Both the position numbers and the translations under genes were made by a program. Under the pieces are notes generated by a model. It did no database searches. It saw nothing but the letters and a program-made list of their open reading frames with translations, and was not told the origin of the DNA. Positions 38,353-48,390 of a DNA stretch of 64,000 nucleotides are shown here, piece after piece (position 1 is the stretch's first letter; the number at the start of each line of letters is the position of its first letter). The stretch is taken from contig OZ253580.1 in assembly GCA_965263035.1 (NCBI GenBank), forward strand, positions 5,248,001-5,312,000, given 5' to 3'. The stretch comes from Acidobacteriota bacterium. Lineage in GTDB: Bacteria; Acidobacteriota; UBA6911; RPQK01; JAJDTT01.

Positions 38353-39177
38353 GTGACGGGAATGGAACATCTATTTGGGTTTCGCGATTGGCATCCGGTG
38401 CTTCAGGCCTTGGGTGCGACTGGATTCACGTGGTTCATGACCGCCCTCGGAGCGGCCCTCGTCTTCGCCGCCAAAGACCTGAGCCGCAAGGCTCTGGATG
38501 GCATGCTGGGGTTCGCGGCCGGGGTCATGATCGCCGCCAGTTATTGGTCCCTTCTGGCTCCGGCCATCGAGCTTTCGGAAGGGGGAACCCTGCCGTCCTG
38601 GTTTCCCGCGGCCTGCGGTTTTCTGACCGGGGCCTCGTTTCTATGGTGCGTTGACAAGGTGATACCCCACCTGCATCTGGGCTTTCCCGCTTCCGAATCG
38701 GAGGGAATCAAGACGACTTGGCACAGGACGAGCCTGTTGATATTTGCGATTACCATCCACAATATTCCGGAAGGTCTGGCCGTGGGAGTCGCGTTCGGAT
38801 CACTCGGCGTCGATTCGACCATGACATACGGGTCTGCGGTGGCGCTCGCCATCGGAATCGGCCTGCAGAATATGCCGGAGGGGGTGGCCGTGGCCATGCC
38901 GTTGCGTCGGGAGAAGGTCTCCCGCTTGAAGTGTTTCTGGTACGGTCAACTTTCGGCCGTGGTGGAGCCGGTGGCCGGTGTCCTGGGAGCCGTCCTGGTT
39001 TCTCTTTCGCGACCCTTGCTGCCCTATGCCTTCGGTTTCGCCGCCGGAGCCATGATTTTTGTCGTGGTTGAGGAGGTGGTCCCGGAGTCCCAAAGGGCAG
39101 GTGACACGGATTTGGCCACCATGGGCGCCATCTTCGGATTTACCGTGATGATGATTCTGGACGTGGCTCTGGGCTGA
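38353..39177 (+). CDS. ZIP (GufA/ZupT) family metal transporter
   Basis: GFAAGVM, ITIHNIPEGLAVG, IGLQNMPEG, FAAGAMIFVVVEE. Confidence 0.93.
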   Translation: MTGMEHLFGFRDWHPVLQALGATGFTWFMTALGAALVFAAKDLSRKALDGMLGFAAGVMIAASYWSLLAPAIELSEGGTLPSWFPAACGFLTGASFLWCVDKVIPHLHLGFPASESEGIKTTWHRTSLLIFAITIHNIPEGLAVGVAFGSLGVDSTMTYGSAVALAIGIGLQNMPEGVAVAMPLRREKVSRLKCFWYGQLSAVVEPVAGVLGAVLVSLSRPLLPYAFGFAAGAMIFVVVEEVVPESQRAGDTDLATMGAIFGFTVMMILDVALG

Positions 39178-39184
39178 ACTTAAA

Positions 39185-39345
39185 CAGTCCGTGGTGAAAG
39201 TCCCGCGAGCACCGAGACCGTTCCTGCGCCCGCCGGACCAGGCGCAACGGAGGGAGCATACCGGGAGTATGTGAGCCGATAGCAACGCAGTCCGCGCACG
39301 ATGCAGGGACGGTACGAATGCCGTGACGACTTTTGCCGCGGGCTG
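39185..39345 (-). mobile_element. MITE family A, copy 5 (161 bp)
   Basis: TAAA on both sides; 7 bp after the ZIP stop. Confidence 0.9.
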
Positions 39346-39449
39346 TAAACGAGCCGCATCGAAGACGAGTCTGGCGCGGCAGAGATCGGCGGCACCGCAA
39401 GGGATCATGGTTTCCGTGCCTCTCGGAAACGATTCCCCTGTGAACCCCG

Positions 39450-40463
39450 GTGTGGAGGAACATGGCGCGAAGACGTTCCACTGTGCCCCTTGGAGTCGGG
39501 CTGCTCCTTTTTTGGCTCGTGGCAGGGAGTGTCGGGTTTTCCTGGATCGAGGGCTGGTCGCTTATGGATGGCGTCTATATGACCGTCATCACCATCTCCA
39601 CGGTCGGTTTCGGCGAGGTGCATCCTCTGTCCGATGCAGGGAAAGCGTTTGCCTCGCTCCTGATCATGGCCGGTCTGGGCACGGCGGTCTACACCTTCAC
39701 CAGCTTGGGACAGACGTTGTTGGAAGGAGAACTGGCTGAGGCTCTGGGGAGACGGCGAATGAAAAGCGATCTGGGTAAGCTCGAAGACCACTACATCGTC
39801 TGCGGAAACGGGCGCGTGGGCCGCACCGTGTCGACTTATCTGGACCGCCGCAATTTGCACTTCTGCGTGATCGAAATCGACCCGGCCGCGGAACCGGAAC
39901 TGAGACGGCTTCACTATCGGTACGTTATCGGCGACGCCGCCGAAGATGAGAATCTCACTCTCGCCGGGTTGGCCAGGGCCAAGGCGGTCTTCGCCCTGCT
40001 GCCGTCGGATGCGGACAATCTGTACCTGACGCTGTCGGCCAAGGGTCTCAACCCCTCGGTCGTAGTCGTGGCCCGGGCCTCCGGCAGGGGTGCGGAAACC
40101 AAACTGGAAAGGGCCGGAGCCGATCACGTCGTCTCCCCCTATGAACTCGTCGGACTGCGGCTTCTTCAGAAGGTCCTGAGTCCGACCCTGCTGGAGTTCA
40201 TGGACCTGGTGATCCGTCGGGAACACCTGGAACTCATCATGGAGGAATTCCGGGTTGCTTCCGACTCTGCATTGGCGGGACGCTCGATCGAGGAAGCACG
40301 GATCCGAAGTCGGTACGGTCTGATTATCGTGGCCATCAAACGGCCCCAGGTTCCCCTGGTCTTCAATCCTGGTGCGGGAGAGAAGATCGGCGCCGGAGAT
40401 GTGTTGGTGGTCCTGGGTCCGGAGGACCGGGTCAAAGAGCTGGGACAGGCCAAGAGAGCATGA
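39450..40463 (+). CDS. potassium channel with RCK (TrkA-N/TrkA-C) domains
   Basis: TISTVGFGE filter; HYIVCGNGRVG. Confidence 0.92.
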   Translation: MWRNMARRRSTVPLGVGLLLFWLVAGSVGFSWIEGWSLMDGVYMTVITISTVGFGEVHPLSDAGKAFASLLIMAGLGTAVYTFTSLGQTLLEGELAEALGRRRMKSDLGKLEDHYIVCGNGRVGRTVSTYLDRRNLHFCVIEIDPAAEPELRRLHYRYVIGDAAEDENLTLAGLARAKAVFALLPSDADNLYLTLSAKGLNPSVVVVARASGRGAETKLERAGADHVVSPYELVGLRLLQKVLSPTLLEFMDLVIRREHLELIMEEFRVASDSALAGRSIEEARIRSRYGLIIVAIKRPQVPLVFNPGAGEKIGAGDVLVVLGPEDRVKELGQAKRA

Positions 40464-40703
40464 CTTCAGTTTGTTTGCCGACCGCGGGTGGCGGGATGGC
40501 CTGGGTATCTGGCATTTGGAAGGGAAATCGTGTAAGGTGGGCCGGTCTTCACGAGTGCGTCTGAAAAGGAAGGACGCGTAGGTTTGGCATTGGCAGGCGC
40601 ATTCCCCCAAGCCATTCATCTTTGTTCGGAAACGAGTTTCGGCCCTGGCGGAGTTCATACGCGGCTCGTCCGGGTCCGCCCCCAACTCGAGGAGTGAGTG
40701 GAT

Positions 40704-42483
40704 ATGAGTTCGGGACAGTTCGATTTTGCCTTGGCTATAGGATGCCGCCGGTCAGGGAATCGCGACGCCAGGGAACATCCTGGCTCGGATCTTCGTGCGG
40801 CGCGGGATTCATCTGAACGCGTACAACGCCTTTCAATCCATCATTCGTGGTGGGCATATCTTTCTCACCATCCGGCTCCGCGATCGCCATCCGGAGACCC
40901 ACGGCGACAAGCTGGATCTTCTGGTCTGTTTGAATCAGGACACGATGAATCGGCATTTGGGTTTGCTGGGTCCGGGCGCTTGCGCCATCTACAACAGCGA
41001 CGCCATCAAGCCCGGTGATGCCGCCGACGGAGTCCAGTTGTGTCCCATGCCGGTGGTGGACCTGACCAGCGGCAATCGGAACCGGTTGATCCAGAACACC
41101 GTTGGCCTGGGTGTGATCGTCTCCCTGTTGCGATTGGACTTCGATGTCCTGGCCGCCGCGTTGAAGCTCCAGTTCCAACGGAAAGGTTCGGCCGTGGTGG
41201 ACGAAAACGTCTCGGTCGCAGAAGCGGGTTATCAGTTCGCCGAAGACAACTTCGATCCTTTTCCGACCAGAGCTCCGGAGGGTCCCAAACCGCTTGCGGT
41301 CTGGACAGGGAACGATGCCCTTGCCATGGGGGGAGCCGCCGCCGGCTGTAAATTTTATTGTGCCTATCCCATGAGCCCGTCCACCGGCGTGCTCCATTGG
41401 ATGGCCATGAACGCCCCTGAACTGGGCATTATGGTGCGCCAGGTCGAGGACGAGATCGGGGTTGCCAACATGGCCATCGGTGCGGCGCATGCCGGGTGCC
41501 GGAGCATGTGCGCCACCTCGGGTGGTGGATTCGCTCTCATGACCGAGGCCATCGGCGCCTCCGCGATGATGGAGATCCCGGTGGTCTTCATCAACGTGCA
41601 GCGGGCGGGTCCGTCCACCGGAGTCCCCACCAAGACGGAGCAGGGGGATCTGTGGCAGATGCTGGGGGCGAGCCAGGGAGACTTCCAGCGCTTCATCGTG
41701 GCGCCCAAGGACGCGCTGGATGCCTTCAATACCATTCCCGAGGTCTTCAACTTGACGGATCGGTATCAGTGCCCGGGCATGGTTCTTTCCGATCTCCTGA
41801 TTTCAGAGGGAACCTTCAGCGTCGACCCGGACGAAATCGACTTCCAGCCCCCGATTGACCGTGGCCAATTGATCACCGAGCACTCCCCAACCGACGGGTA
41901 CAAGCGCTACCTGGACACCGACGACGGAGTCTCTCCGAGGGCCATTCCGGGGCTGGAGGGCTATGTCCATGTCGTGGCCACCGACGAGCACGATGAGGAC
42001 GGCGTGCTGATCAGCGACGAGTTCACCAATCCCCACAAGCGCCGCCAGATGGTGGAGAAAAGAGACCGCAAATTCGCCAAGGTGCTGGAAGACATCGAGG
42101 CCCCCCAGTTGGAAGGCCCGGCCGTCCCTGAGGCGACCCTGGTGGGTTGGGGATCCACGTACGGCGTCATCAAAGAGGCCATTGGCCAGCTCAAGGAGCA
42201 GGGAGTCCAGGTCAACCATCTGCCCATCAAATGGATCGTCCCGTTGCACGGCGACGCCATCCTGGAAACTCTGGGACGGGCCCAGCGGACCATCATCGTC
42301 GAGAACAACCATTCGGGACAGTTCGCCCGGTATCTGCGGGGCGAGACCGGCTTCGTGGCCGACGGCCACATTCGAAAATACGACGGCGAACCCTTCATGC
42401 CCCACCACATCGTGGAAGCCGTGCTGGAGCAGTTGAGAGGTAAAACGAACCACTCCGTTCCTTACCAGGAGGTCATGGTATAG
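40704..42483 (+). CDS. korA: 2-oxoacid:ferredoxin oxidoreductase alpha subunit (frameshift at ~40743)
   Basis: FALAIG then, in another frame, AAGQGIATPGNIL; YPMSPST, EDEI, ATSGGGF, QRAGPSTG. Confidence 0.88.
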
Positions 42484-42537
42484 GATTCGAAAACAGGTCG
42501 GTTTCGGTCGGACGCCGACCCACGAAAGGGAAGCATC

Positions 42538-43440
42538 ATGAATATGGCTGTCACTCAGCAAGCGTCGGTCACGCCCTTAAAGCCAAAAGATTTCAAGGGC
42601 AAAGTCGAACCGGACTGGTGCGCCGGGTGCGGAGACTTCGGGGTGTTGCGGACGTTGCAGAGAGCCTGCGCCGAGTTGGGTCTCCGGCCTCATCAGATCC
42701 TCACCGTGAGCGGGATCGGATGCTCTTCGAACCTGCCGGGCTATTTCAACGGCTACGGGATGCACACCCTGCACGGCCGGTCCCTGGCGGTGGCCACGGG
42801 GGCCCAGTTGGCCAATCATGAGCTGACCGTGGTGGCGACGGGCGGCGACGGTGACGGCTATGGAATCGGAGGCAACCATTTCACCCACACGGCCCGCCGC
42901 AACGTGGATATGACCTACCTGGTCATGAACAATCAGATCTATGGCCTCACCACCGGGCAGGTCTCTCCCACCAGCTCGGAGGGAATGAAAACCAAAAGCA
43001 CTCCTTTTGGGAGCGTCGAGGTGCCGGTGAACCCCATCACCTCCGCCATCATGAGCGGCGCCACCTACGTGGCTCGCGGGTTCAGTGGACAGGCGCGCCA
43101 GTTGTTGGATCTCGTCAAGCAGGCCATCCTGCACAAGGGCTTTGCCCTGGTTGACGTTTTCAGCCCCTGTGTCACCTTCAACCACGACAACGACTACAAG
43201 TTTTTCAAGCCCCGGGTCAGAAGGTTGGAAGACCTGGGGCACGACACCTCGGACTGGAAAGCCGCTTGCGAAAAAGCGATGGTCTGGGGTGACGATATCT
43301 ATATCGGCTGCTTCTTTCAGAAGCTGGCGCCGTCTTTGCACAGCCTGGAAAGCGTTCTGGACGAAGGCGGACCCCTGGCGCACAGAAAGCTGGGAATTTC
43401 CAACGAGCAGGCGCAACGCATCATCAAGCGGATGATGTAG
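42538..43440 (+). CDS. korB: 2-oxoacid:ferredoxin oxidoreductase beta subunit
   Basis: WCAGCGDF, SGIGCS, HGR, GGDGD, NNQIYGLTTGQ, SPCVTFN. Confidence 0.93.
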   Translation: MNMAVTQQASVTPLKPKDFKGKVEPDWCAGCGDFGVLRTLQRACAELGLRPHQILTVSGIGCSSNLPGYFNGYGMHTLHGRSLAVATGAQLANHELTVVATGGDGDGYGIGGNHFTHTARRNVDMTYLVMNNQIYGLTTGQVSPTSSEGMKTKSTPFGSVEVPVNPITSAIMSGATYVARGFSGQARQLLDLVKQAILHKGFALVDVFSPCVTFNHDNDYKFFKPRVRRLEDLGHDTSDWKAACEKAMVWGDDIYIGCFFQKLAPSLHSLESVLDEGGPLAHRKLGISNEQAQRIIKRMM

Positions 43441-43589
43441 CCTTGACGACGCGGGCCTTCACGGCACCGCCGATTCACCACGAGGCCGGACCGGACCCGG
43501 GATCGCGACTATCCGGGGCCGCTGGTATCTTGACTACTTGTCGTCGGGTGGGACGTTCAGAGGCTGGGGACGCTTCGTTCGGATTCTGA

Positions 43590-43635
43590 TGGAGCGGCAT
43601 TCCCGGGACATCGACTGCCGGGAATGTCAGCTCCA
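43590..43635. other. strong intergenic stem-loop
   Basis: TGGAGC-GGCATTCCCGG...CCGGGAATGTC-A-GCTCCA; no U-tract. Confidence 0.5.
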
Positions 43636-43749
43636 GCTGCCGTGACCGGGGAGATCGCGAGATTGTCCTCCCCGTAGCGGGCCGCCGGAGGCTTCAGTTA
43701 TGAAGCGGGCGATTCTGGCCGACGAATCCCTCTATCCTCAAGCCCGAGG

Positions 43750-44040
43750 GTGGGACAGGACCTCCAAAATAATCTGGCTCTCGCCATACTCAATCAGGCG
43801 TTTCGGGACATCGTATCCCCGAACCGGTCCTCCCGGGAGTGGAGATTCTGGGAGCAGGACGCATTGCAATGGTTCGCCGCCTCGGAGGACCATCCCGGCA
43901 GCTTCCAATGGGTCTGCGGGATACTGGACCTGAACTCCTCGGAGTTGCGGAGATGGCTCGATTCGTACCGGCACGGCGGAACCGGTCGACGCCGGGAAAT
44001 GGCTTGCAAGCTCATTCGTTTCCGTTTCCACGGGGAGTAA
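43750..44040 (+). CDS. hypothetical protein
   Basis: LALAILNQAFRD...ALQWF...SFQWVCGILDLN resembles a recurrent small hypothetical family. Confidence 0.6.
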   Translation: MGQDLQNNLALAILNQAFRDIVSPNRSSREWRFWEQDALQWFAASEDHPGSFQWVCGILDLNSSELRRWLDSYRHGGTGRRREMACKLIRFRFHGE

Positions 44041-44053
44041 GTTCGTCGCCTCA

Positions 44054-45460
44054 ATGCCTTCGAGACAGAGGGTAGGAATCGTCGGCGGCGGCCTCTCCGG
44101 ACTGGCGGCGGCCTACTACCTGACCCGAGAGAACGCCGCCAAGGGACTGGACCTGGAGATTACGCTCCTGGAGAAGTCCCCTCGCCTGGGCGGAGTCATC
44201 CGATCCAGACGAGTGGATGATTTCCTCCTGGAAGACGGCCCCGAGGCCTTTGTCTCCTACAAGCCCGCAGCTCGGAGACTGGTTGAGGAACTGGGTCTCG
44301 GTGCCGACCTTCTGGGTTCAAGGGATGACCGGCGCAAAGTCTACGTGCTGGACCAGGATGGTCTGAACCCCCTTCCGGAAGGCATGGTCTTTCTGGCCCC
44401 GGTTCGGACGCGAGCCTTCTGGTCCACGGCTTCATTGAGTCCCGCGGGTAAGGTACGAGCCCTGCTGGAACCGTGGATCCCACGAACCCGGAAGGACACC
44501 AGTGTCCAGGACTTTTTCCATCGACGCCTGGGCCAGGAGTTCACCCGCCGGGTCGCGGAGCCCCTGGTTTCTGCCATCTACGGCGGCAACATCCGTCGCT
44601 TGAGCATGGCCAGCGCTCTGCCTCTTCTCTATCGGTTGGAGCAGAGTCAGGGAAGCCTCCGGAAGGGGTTCCTGCGGCGGCCTCTCCAGAGTGCCAGCGA
44701 CCCTATGCCCCTCTTTTTGACCCTCCGCCACGGCATGGAGCAGTTGGTGGAGGCCCTCTGCAATAGCCTTGAGGGAGTGACGATCCACACCGGAGTCTCC
44801 GGGCTTCGCCTCGCCCCTGCTGCCGGGGGCAGATATTTCTTGAAAGGAAACGGGTTCGAAGGAGTGCAGGACATGGTCATCCTGTCGACACCGGCTCCGG
44901 CCGCCTCACGGCTGCTGGCCGGACTCGCCTCGGAGGAGGACTCTCCACTCAGCCGGGTTCCCTATACCTCGACTCAGATCATCTACTTGGCCTACAGACG
45001 CTCCGAGTTCTCGCACCCGCTGAACGGATTCGGCTTCGTCGCAGCGGAAGGAGCAGACACGGTGCTGGATGCCTGCACTTGGGTCAGCAGCAAATTCGAT
45101 GACCGTTGCCCGCCGGAATCGGTTTTGCTCCGCTGCGCCGTTCACGACGGACGCCGGCGCCGCGAGCCGGCGAGTGAAGAAGAACTCGTGAGCAGGACCC
45201 ACCAGGAACTGCGGCGGATTCTGGGCATCTCTTGCGCTCCAACGCTGCATCATGTCTGGGACCACGGCCCGGCCATGCCCCAACCAGTCGCGGGTCATTC
45301 CGACAGAATCGAGAGATCCCGTGCCAGCCTGCACCGATTTCCCGGGATCTACCTGACCGGCGCTTTCGTAGGCGGCGTCGGAATCCCCGATTGCATCGAG
45401 ACCAGCAGAAAAGTCGCTGAGGAGGTTGCGGGCGAGGCTCGCAACCGAAACCGCGGCTGA
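44054..45460 (+). CDS. hemY: protoporphyrinogen/coproporphyrinogen oxidase (HemY type)
   Basis: VGGGLSGLAAA, RLGGVI, EPLVSAIYGG, GFGFV, MPQ, GVGIPDCI. Confidence 0.9.
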   Translation: MPSRQRVGIVGGGLSGLAAAYYLTRENAAKGLDLEITLLEKSPRLGGVIRSRRVDDFLLEDGPEAFVSYKPAARRLVEELGLGADLLGSRDDRRKVYVLDQDGLNPLPEGMVFLAPVRTRAFWSTASLSPAGKVRALLEPWIPRTRKDTSVQDFFHRRLGQEFTRRVAEPLVSAIYGGNIRRLSMASALPLLYRLEQSQGSLRKGFLRRPLQSASDPMPLFLTLRHGMEQLVEALCNSLEGVTIHTGVSGLRLAPAAGGRYFLKGNGFEGVQDMVILSTPAPAASRLLAGLASEEDSPLSRVPYTSTQIIYLAYRRSEFSHPLNGFGFVAAEGADTVLDACTWVSSKFDDRCPPESVLLRCAVHDGRRRREPASEEELVSRTHQELRRILGISCAPTLHHVWDHGPAMPQPVAGHSDRIERSRASLHRFPGIYLTGAFVGGVGIPDCIETSRKVAEEVAGEARNRNRG

Positions 45461-45465
45461 GCCTC

Positions 45466-46485
45466 TTACTCATCAGCGGCGTCGCGGGCACAGCGAAAAC
45501 CCAGATTCGTCAGGCCTGAATCGGGAGCCGTCTTCTGCCGTGCCGCCACCCGGTAGCCCTGGCAGTAGTTGACGCTGCACATCCAGGATCCTCCCCGGAT
45601 CACTCTCTCGGACCCCTTCGCGGGGCCCGCCGGATCCCGGGCGCCGTCGGAATGGCGATAGTAGTCGTTCCGGTACCAGTCCCGGGTCCATTCCCAAACG
45701 TTTCCGGCCATGTCGTAGAGCCCGTAGCCGTTGGCGGGAAAGGATCCGACCGGCGCCGTGGTGCGGAACCCGTCCAGCAACTCGTGCCGGAAGGGAAACA
45801 ATCCCTGCCAGAGGTTGGCCATGTGTTGTTTGCCGGGATTGAGGTCGGCACCCCACGGAAACGGACCCTGATCCGAGCCGCCGCGGGCCGCCCATTCCCA
45901 CTCCGCTTCGGTGGGCAGCCGCTTGCCTGCCCATTGGGCGTAGGCAACGGCATCATTCCACGAGACCTGTACCACCGGGTGGTCCAGCCGATCCTCCAGG
46001 GAGGAACCGGGACCGGTGGGATGTCTCCAGGAAGCGCCCGTTACGGGTCGCCAGCTCTCGCCCTCTTCGGAGAATACGCCCGACCAACCGTAGCTCTCCG
46101 CCTCGGTGCGGTGGTTGGTCTCCTGGACGAAGACGCGAAACTGGCTATTCGTGACCTCGTAGCGGTCTAGCCAAAAGGAGCTGATGCTGACTTTGTGTGG
46201 TGGCCCCTCGAAGGGAAATCCTTGGTCCGTTCCCATGAGAAACGTGCCGGCGGGTATTCGAGCCATCTCCTCGGGCGATGGGGTTGGGTGGGTTCGACAG
46301 GAGGAGAGCAACAGGCTGAGAAGACATCCTGCGAAGAGAAGGAAGGAGTAAGGAGTGAGGAGTGAGAGAGCGCCGAGGAGACCCGAAACAGAAGCAATTG
46401 ACGAGGCTGACGGAGTCTTCCCTGCTGACGCGGCACCGCGCTGTGGGATGCGGCGCCGGTCGGTAGTGATACCAATTGTCGTCAC
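45466..46485 (-). CDS. formylglycine-generating enzyme (SUMF1) family protein
   Basis: RLPTEAEWE.AARGG, YDMAGNVWEW, RGGSWMCSVNYC; start uncertain. Confidence 0.9.
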   Translation of the reverse strand: MTTIGITTDRRRIPQRGAASAGKTPSASSIASVSGLLGALSLLTPYSFLLFAGCLLSLLLSSCRTHPTPSPEEMARIPAGTFLMGTDQGFPFEGPPHKVSISSFWLDRYEVTNSQFRVFVQETNHRTEAESYGWSGVFSEEGESWRPVTGASWRHPTGPGSSLEDRLDHPVVQVSWNDAVAYAQWAGKRLPTEAEWEWAARGGSDQGPFPWGADLNPGKQHMANLWQGLFPFRHELLDGFRTTAPVGSFPANGYGLYDMAGNVWEWTRDWYRNDYYRHSDGARDPAGPAKGSERVIRGGSWMCSVNYCQGYRVAARQKTAPDSGLTNLGFRCARDAADE

Positions 46486-46491
46486 GAGCGG

Positions 46492-48288
46492 TTACGCCGC
46501 GGCGCCGGCGGTCCTCCGCCGATTGAACAGGCCCAGCAGTCCCGCCGAGAAGAGTGTGACCAGACAGGAACTGGGAAGTACCCACATCCAGGAGACGGCC
46601 TTGACCTTGACCAGAAGCCGGTTGCCCGCAATCTCGATGGAATCGTCGGGCCGGATCTGGGTTTGAGTGACGGGCTCATCGTTGATTCGGGTTTCGCCCA
46701 AGCTCTCCAACTGCCAGCCGTCTTCGGTTCTCCGGACGATGGCGTGCCGTTCGGCCACGCCTTCACCGGCCAGGACGAACTCGTTCGTCCCCGAGTCCGA
46801 TCCGATGGTGTTGTCCCCATCCCTTGAGGGCTCCCAGCGCATGGTCTCGGACTGACCGGGCGCCTCCACATAGAGGAATATGTCCGGGTGGGTCTGCAAC
46901 CAGGTGGCGAGGGAGAGGTAGAAACCCACGGCCATGCCCAGAAAGCCGGACACGATCATCATGCGGCCGCTGCAGCGGAATTTCAGGAAGGCTGCAAAGA
47001 ACATCCCGCCCAGCGCTCCGGTGATATAGCTGCTGACCCGAACGGTGAGGTCGAAGAGATTGCCTCGAGTCTCCTCGGGAATGGTATTGAGATACAGGCA
47101 GAACCCGATGGCGAACACGCCCGCCAGGATCGTGATCACGCGTGCCAGCTTGAGCTCCGCCGCCGCGTCGAGGGCCTTCTTGCGCAAGCGGCGGAAAAAG
47201 TCGACCGTCAGCACCGTGGCCACTCCATGCATCCCCGAGTCCAGACTCGACATGGCGGCCGAGAACAGGGCCGCCACCACCAGGCCGGCCAGTCCCCGCG
47301 GCAAACCGTGGGCGATGAAATGGGGGAAGGCCTGGTCGGGCGTGCCGGGGAGTTGGCCCAGGTAGAAGGAATAGAGGGCCATCCCCGTGAGACCGAGGGA
47401 AAGGGCGATGGTCATGTCGGCGCCGAGGTTGGATATGAAGGAGCGCCGGGCGCCCCGCACCGAGCCGGTGGTCAGGTACCGCTGAATGGCCACCTGATCC
47501 GATCCGGCGGTGCAGGTCCACCAGAACAGGGCATAGATGGCCATGCCCAGGAGGCTGACCCGGACATAGGGGTCGAAGGCAAAGAAGGGTTGCGGCTCCC
47601 GATCAGCCTGCATCACGTCGTGGTACCAGGTGGCGGGACCGGTGCCCGTCTCGAAGAAGATGAAGCCTACGGTAAACGCGAGGCCGGCGAAGAGGATGGC
47701 GAACTGGGCCACGTCGGTCCAGATGACCGCCCGCATCCCACCCATGGTGGTGTAGATGATGGCGATGGTGCCGATTCCCACGACCACCCAGACAAAGGGC
47801 AGACCGGTCATCCGGGTCATGGCGAAGGAGGCGGTGTAGACGATCATGCCCATCCAGAACAGCCGGTTGAGCATGAACAGGATCGACGCGAAGAGCCGCG
47901 CGCCGAGACCATATTCGGCCTCCAGGTATTCATAGGCGCTGGTGAAGCGCTTGCGCATGAAGAACGGGATCAGGACCACAGTGACCAGGGCCAGGGTGAA
48001 GGGGATATGCATCTGCCCGCCCCAGATGCCCAGACCGTTTTTGATGATCTCGCCGGGACTGGAGAGGTAGCTGACGGTGGACAGGAGGGTGGCGAACATG
48101 CTCAGACCCACCACGAACCAGGGCATGCTCCGACCCGCCATGAAGTACTCTTCGGTCGATTTCTGCTTCTTGCTGAAGTAGTAACCGGCGATCAACATCA
48201 CGATGAAATAGAGGACGACGGCCCCGAAGTCGATGGATTGGAGGCCATCAAAGCGGTCTGGTCTGCCCTGGTCGAGGGCTAGCAACAT
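46492..48288 (-). CDS. sodium:solute symporter with an inserted FHA-like domain
   Basis: YFMAGRSMPW, GGMRAVIWTD, DQVAIQRYL, AAMSSLDS; ~95-aa hydrophilic insert before the last TM. Confidence 0.88.
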   Translation of the reverse strand: MLLALDQGRPDRFDGLQSIDFGAVVLYFIVMLIAGYYFSKKQKSTEEYFMAGRSMPWFVVGLSMFATLLSTVSYLSSPGEIIKNGLGIWGGQMHIPFTLALVTVVLIPFFMRKRFTSAYEYLEAEYGLGARLFASILFMLNRLFWMGMIVYTASFAMTRMTGLPFVWVVVGIGTIAIIYTTMGGMRAVIWTDVAQFAILFAGLAFTVGFIFFETGTGPATWYHDVMQADREPQPFFAFDPYVRVSLLGMAIYALFWWTCTAGSDQVAIQRYLTTGSVRGARRSFISNLGADMTIALSLGLTGMALYSFYLGQLPGTPDQAFPHFIAHGLPRGLAGLVVAALFSAAMSSLDSGMHGVATVLTVDFFRRLRKKALDAAAELKLARVITILAGVFAIGFCLYLNTIPEETRGNLFDLTVRVSSYITGALGGMFFAAFLKFRCSGRMMIVSGFLGMAVGFYLSLATWLQTHPDIFLYVEAPGQSETMRWEPSRDGDNTIGSDSGTNEFVLAGEGVAERHAIVRRTEDGWQLESLGETRINDEPVTQTQIRPDDSIEIAGNRLLVKVKAVSWMWVLPSSCLVTLFSAGLLGLFNRRRTAGAAA

Positions 48289-48390
48289 GGGTTCACTCCT
48301 GTTCTCGCAGTATTGGAAGGTCGATTCGATGCTGGCCGGGTCCGCGCGGAGTCAAGAACTCCCCTTCGCGTTCACGAAGGCCCGACGGTG

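Noticed and set aside
6034-39481. Recurrent ORFs with MAKVVTAFDRP or ARGKSRHGIR peptides
   Set aside because: They are translations of MITE-A, not independent genes
46330-46375. GGAGT(A/G)A short tandem repeats
   Set aside because: Only about three imperfect units, in a signal-peptide-coding region
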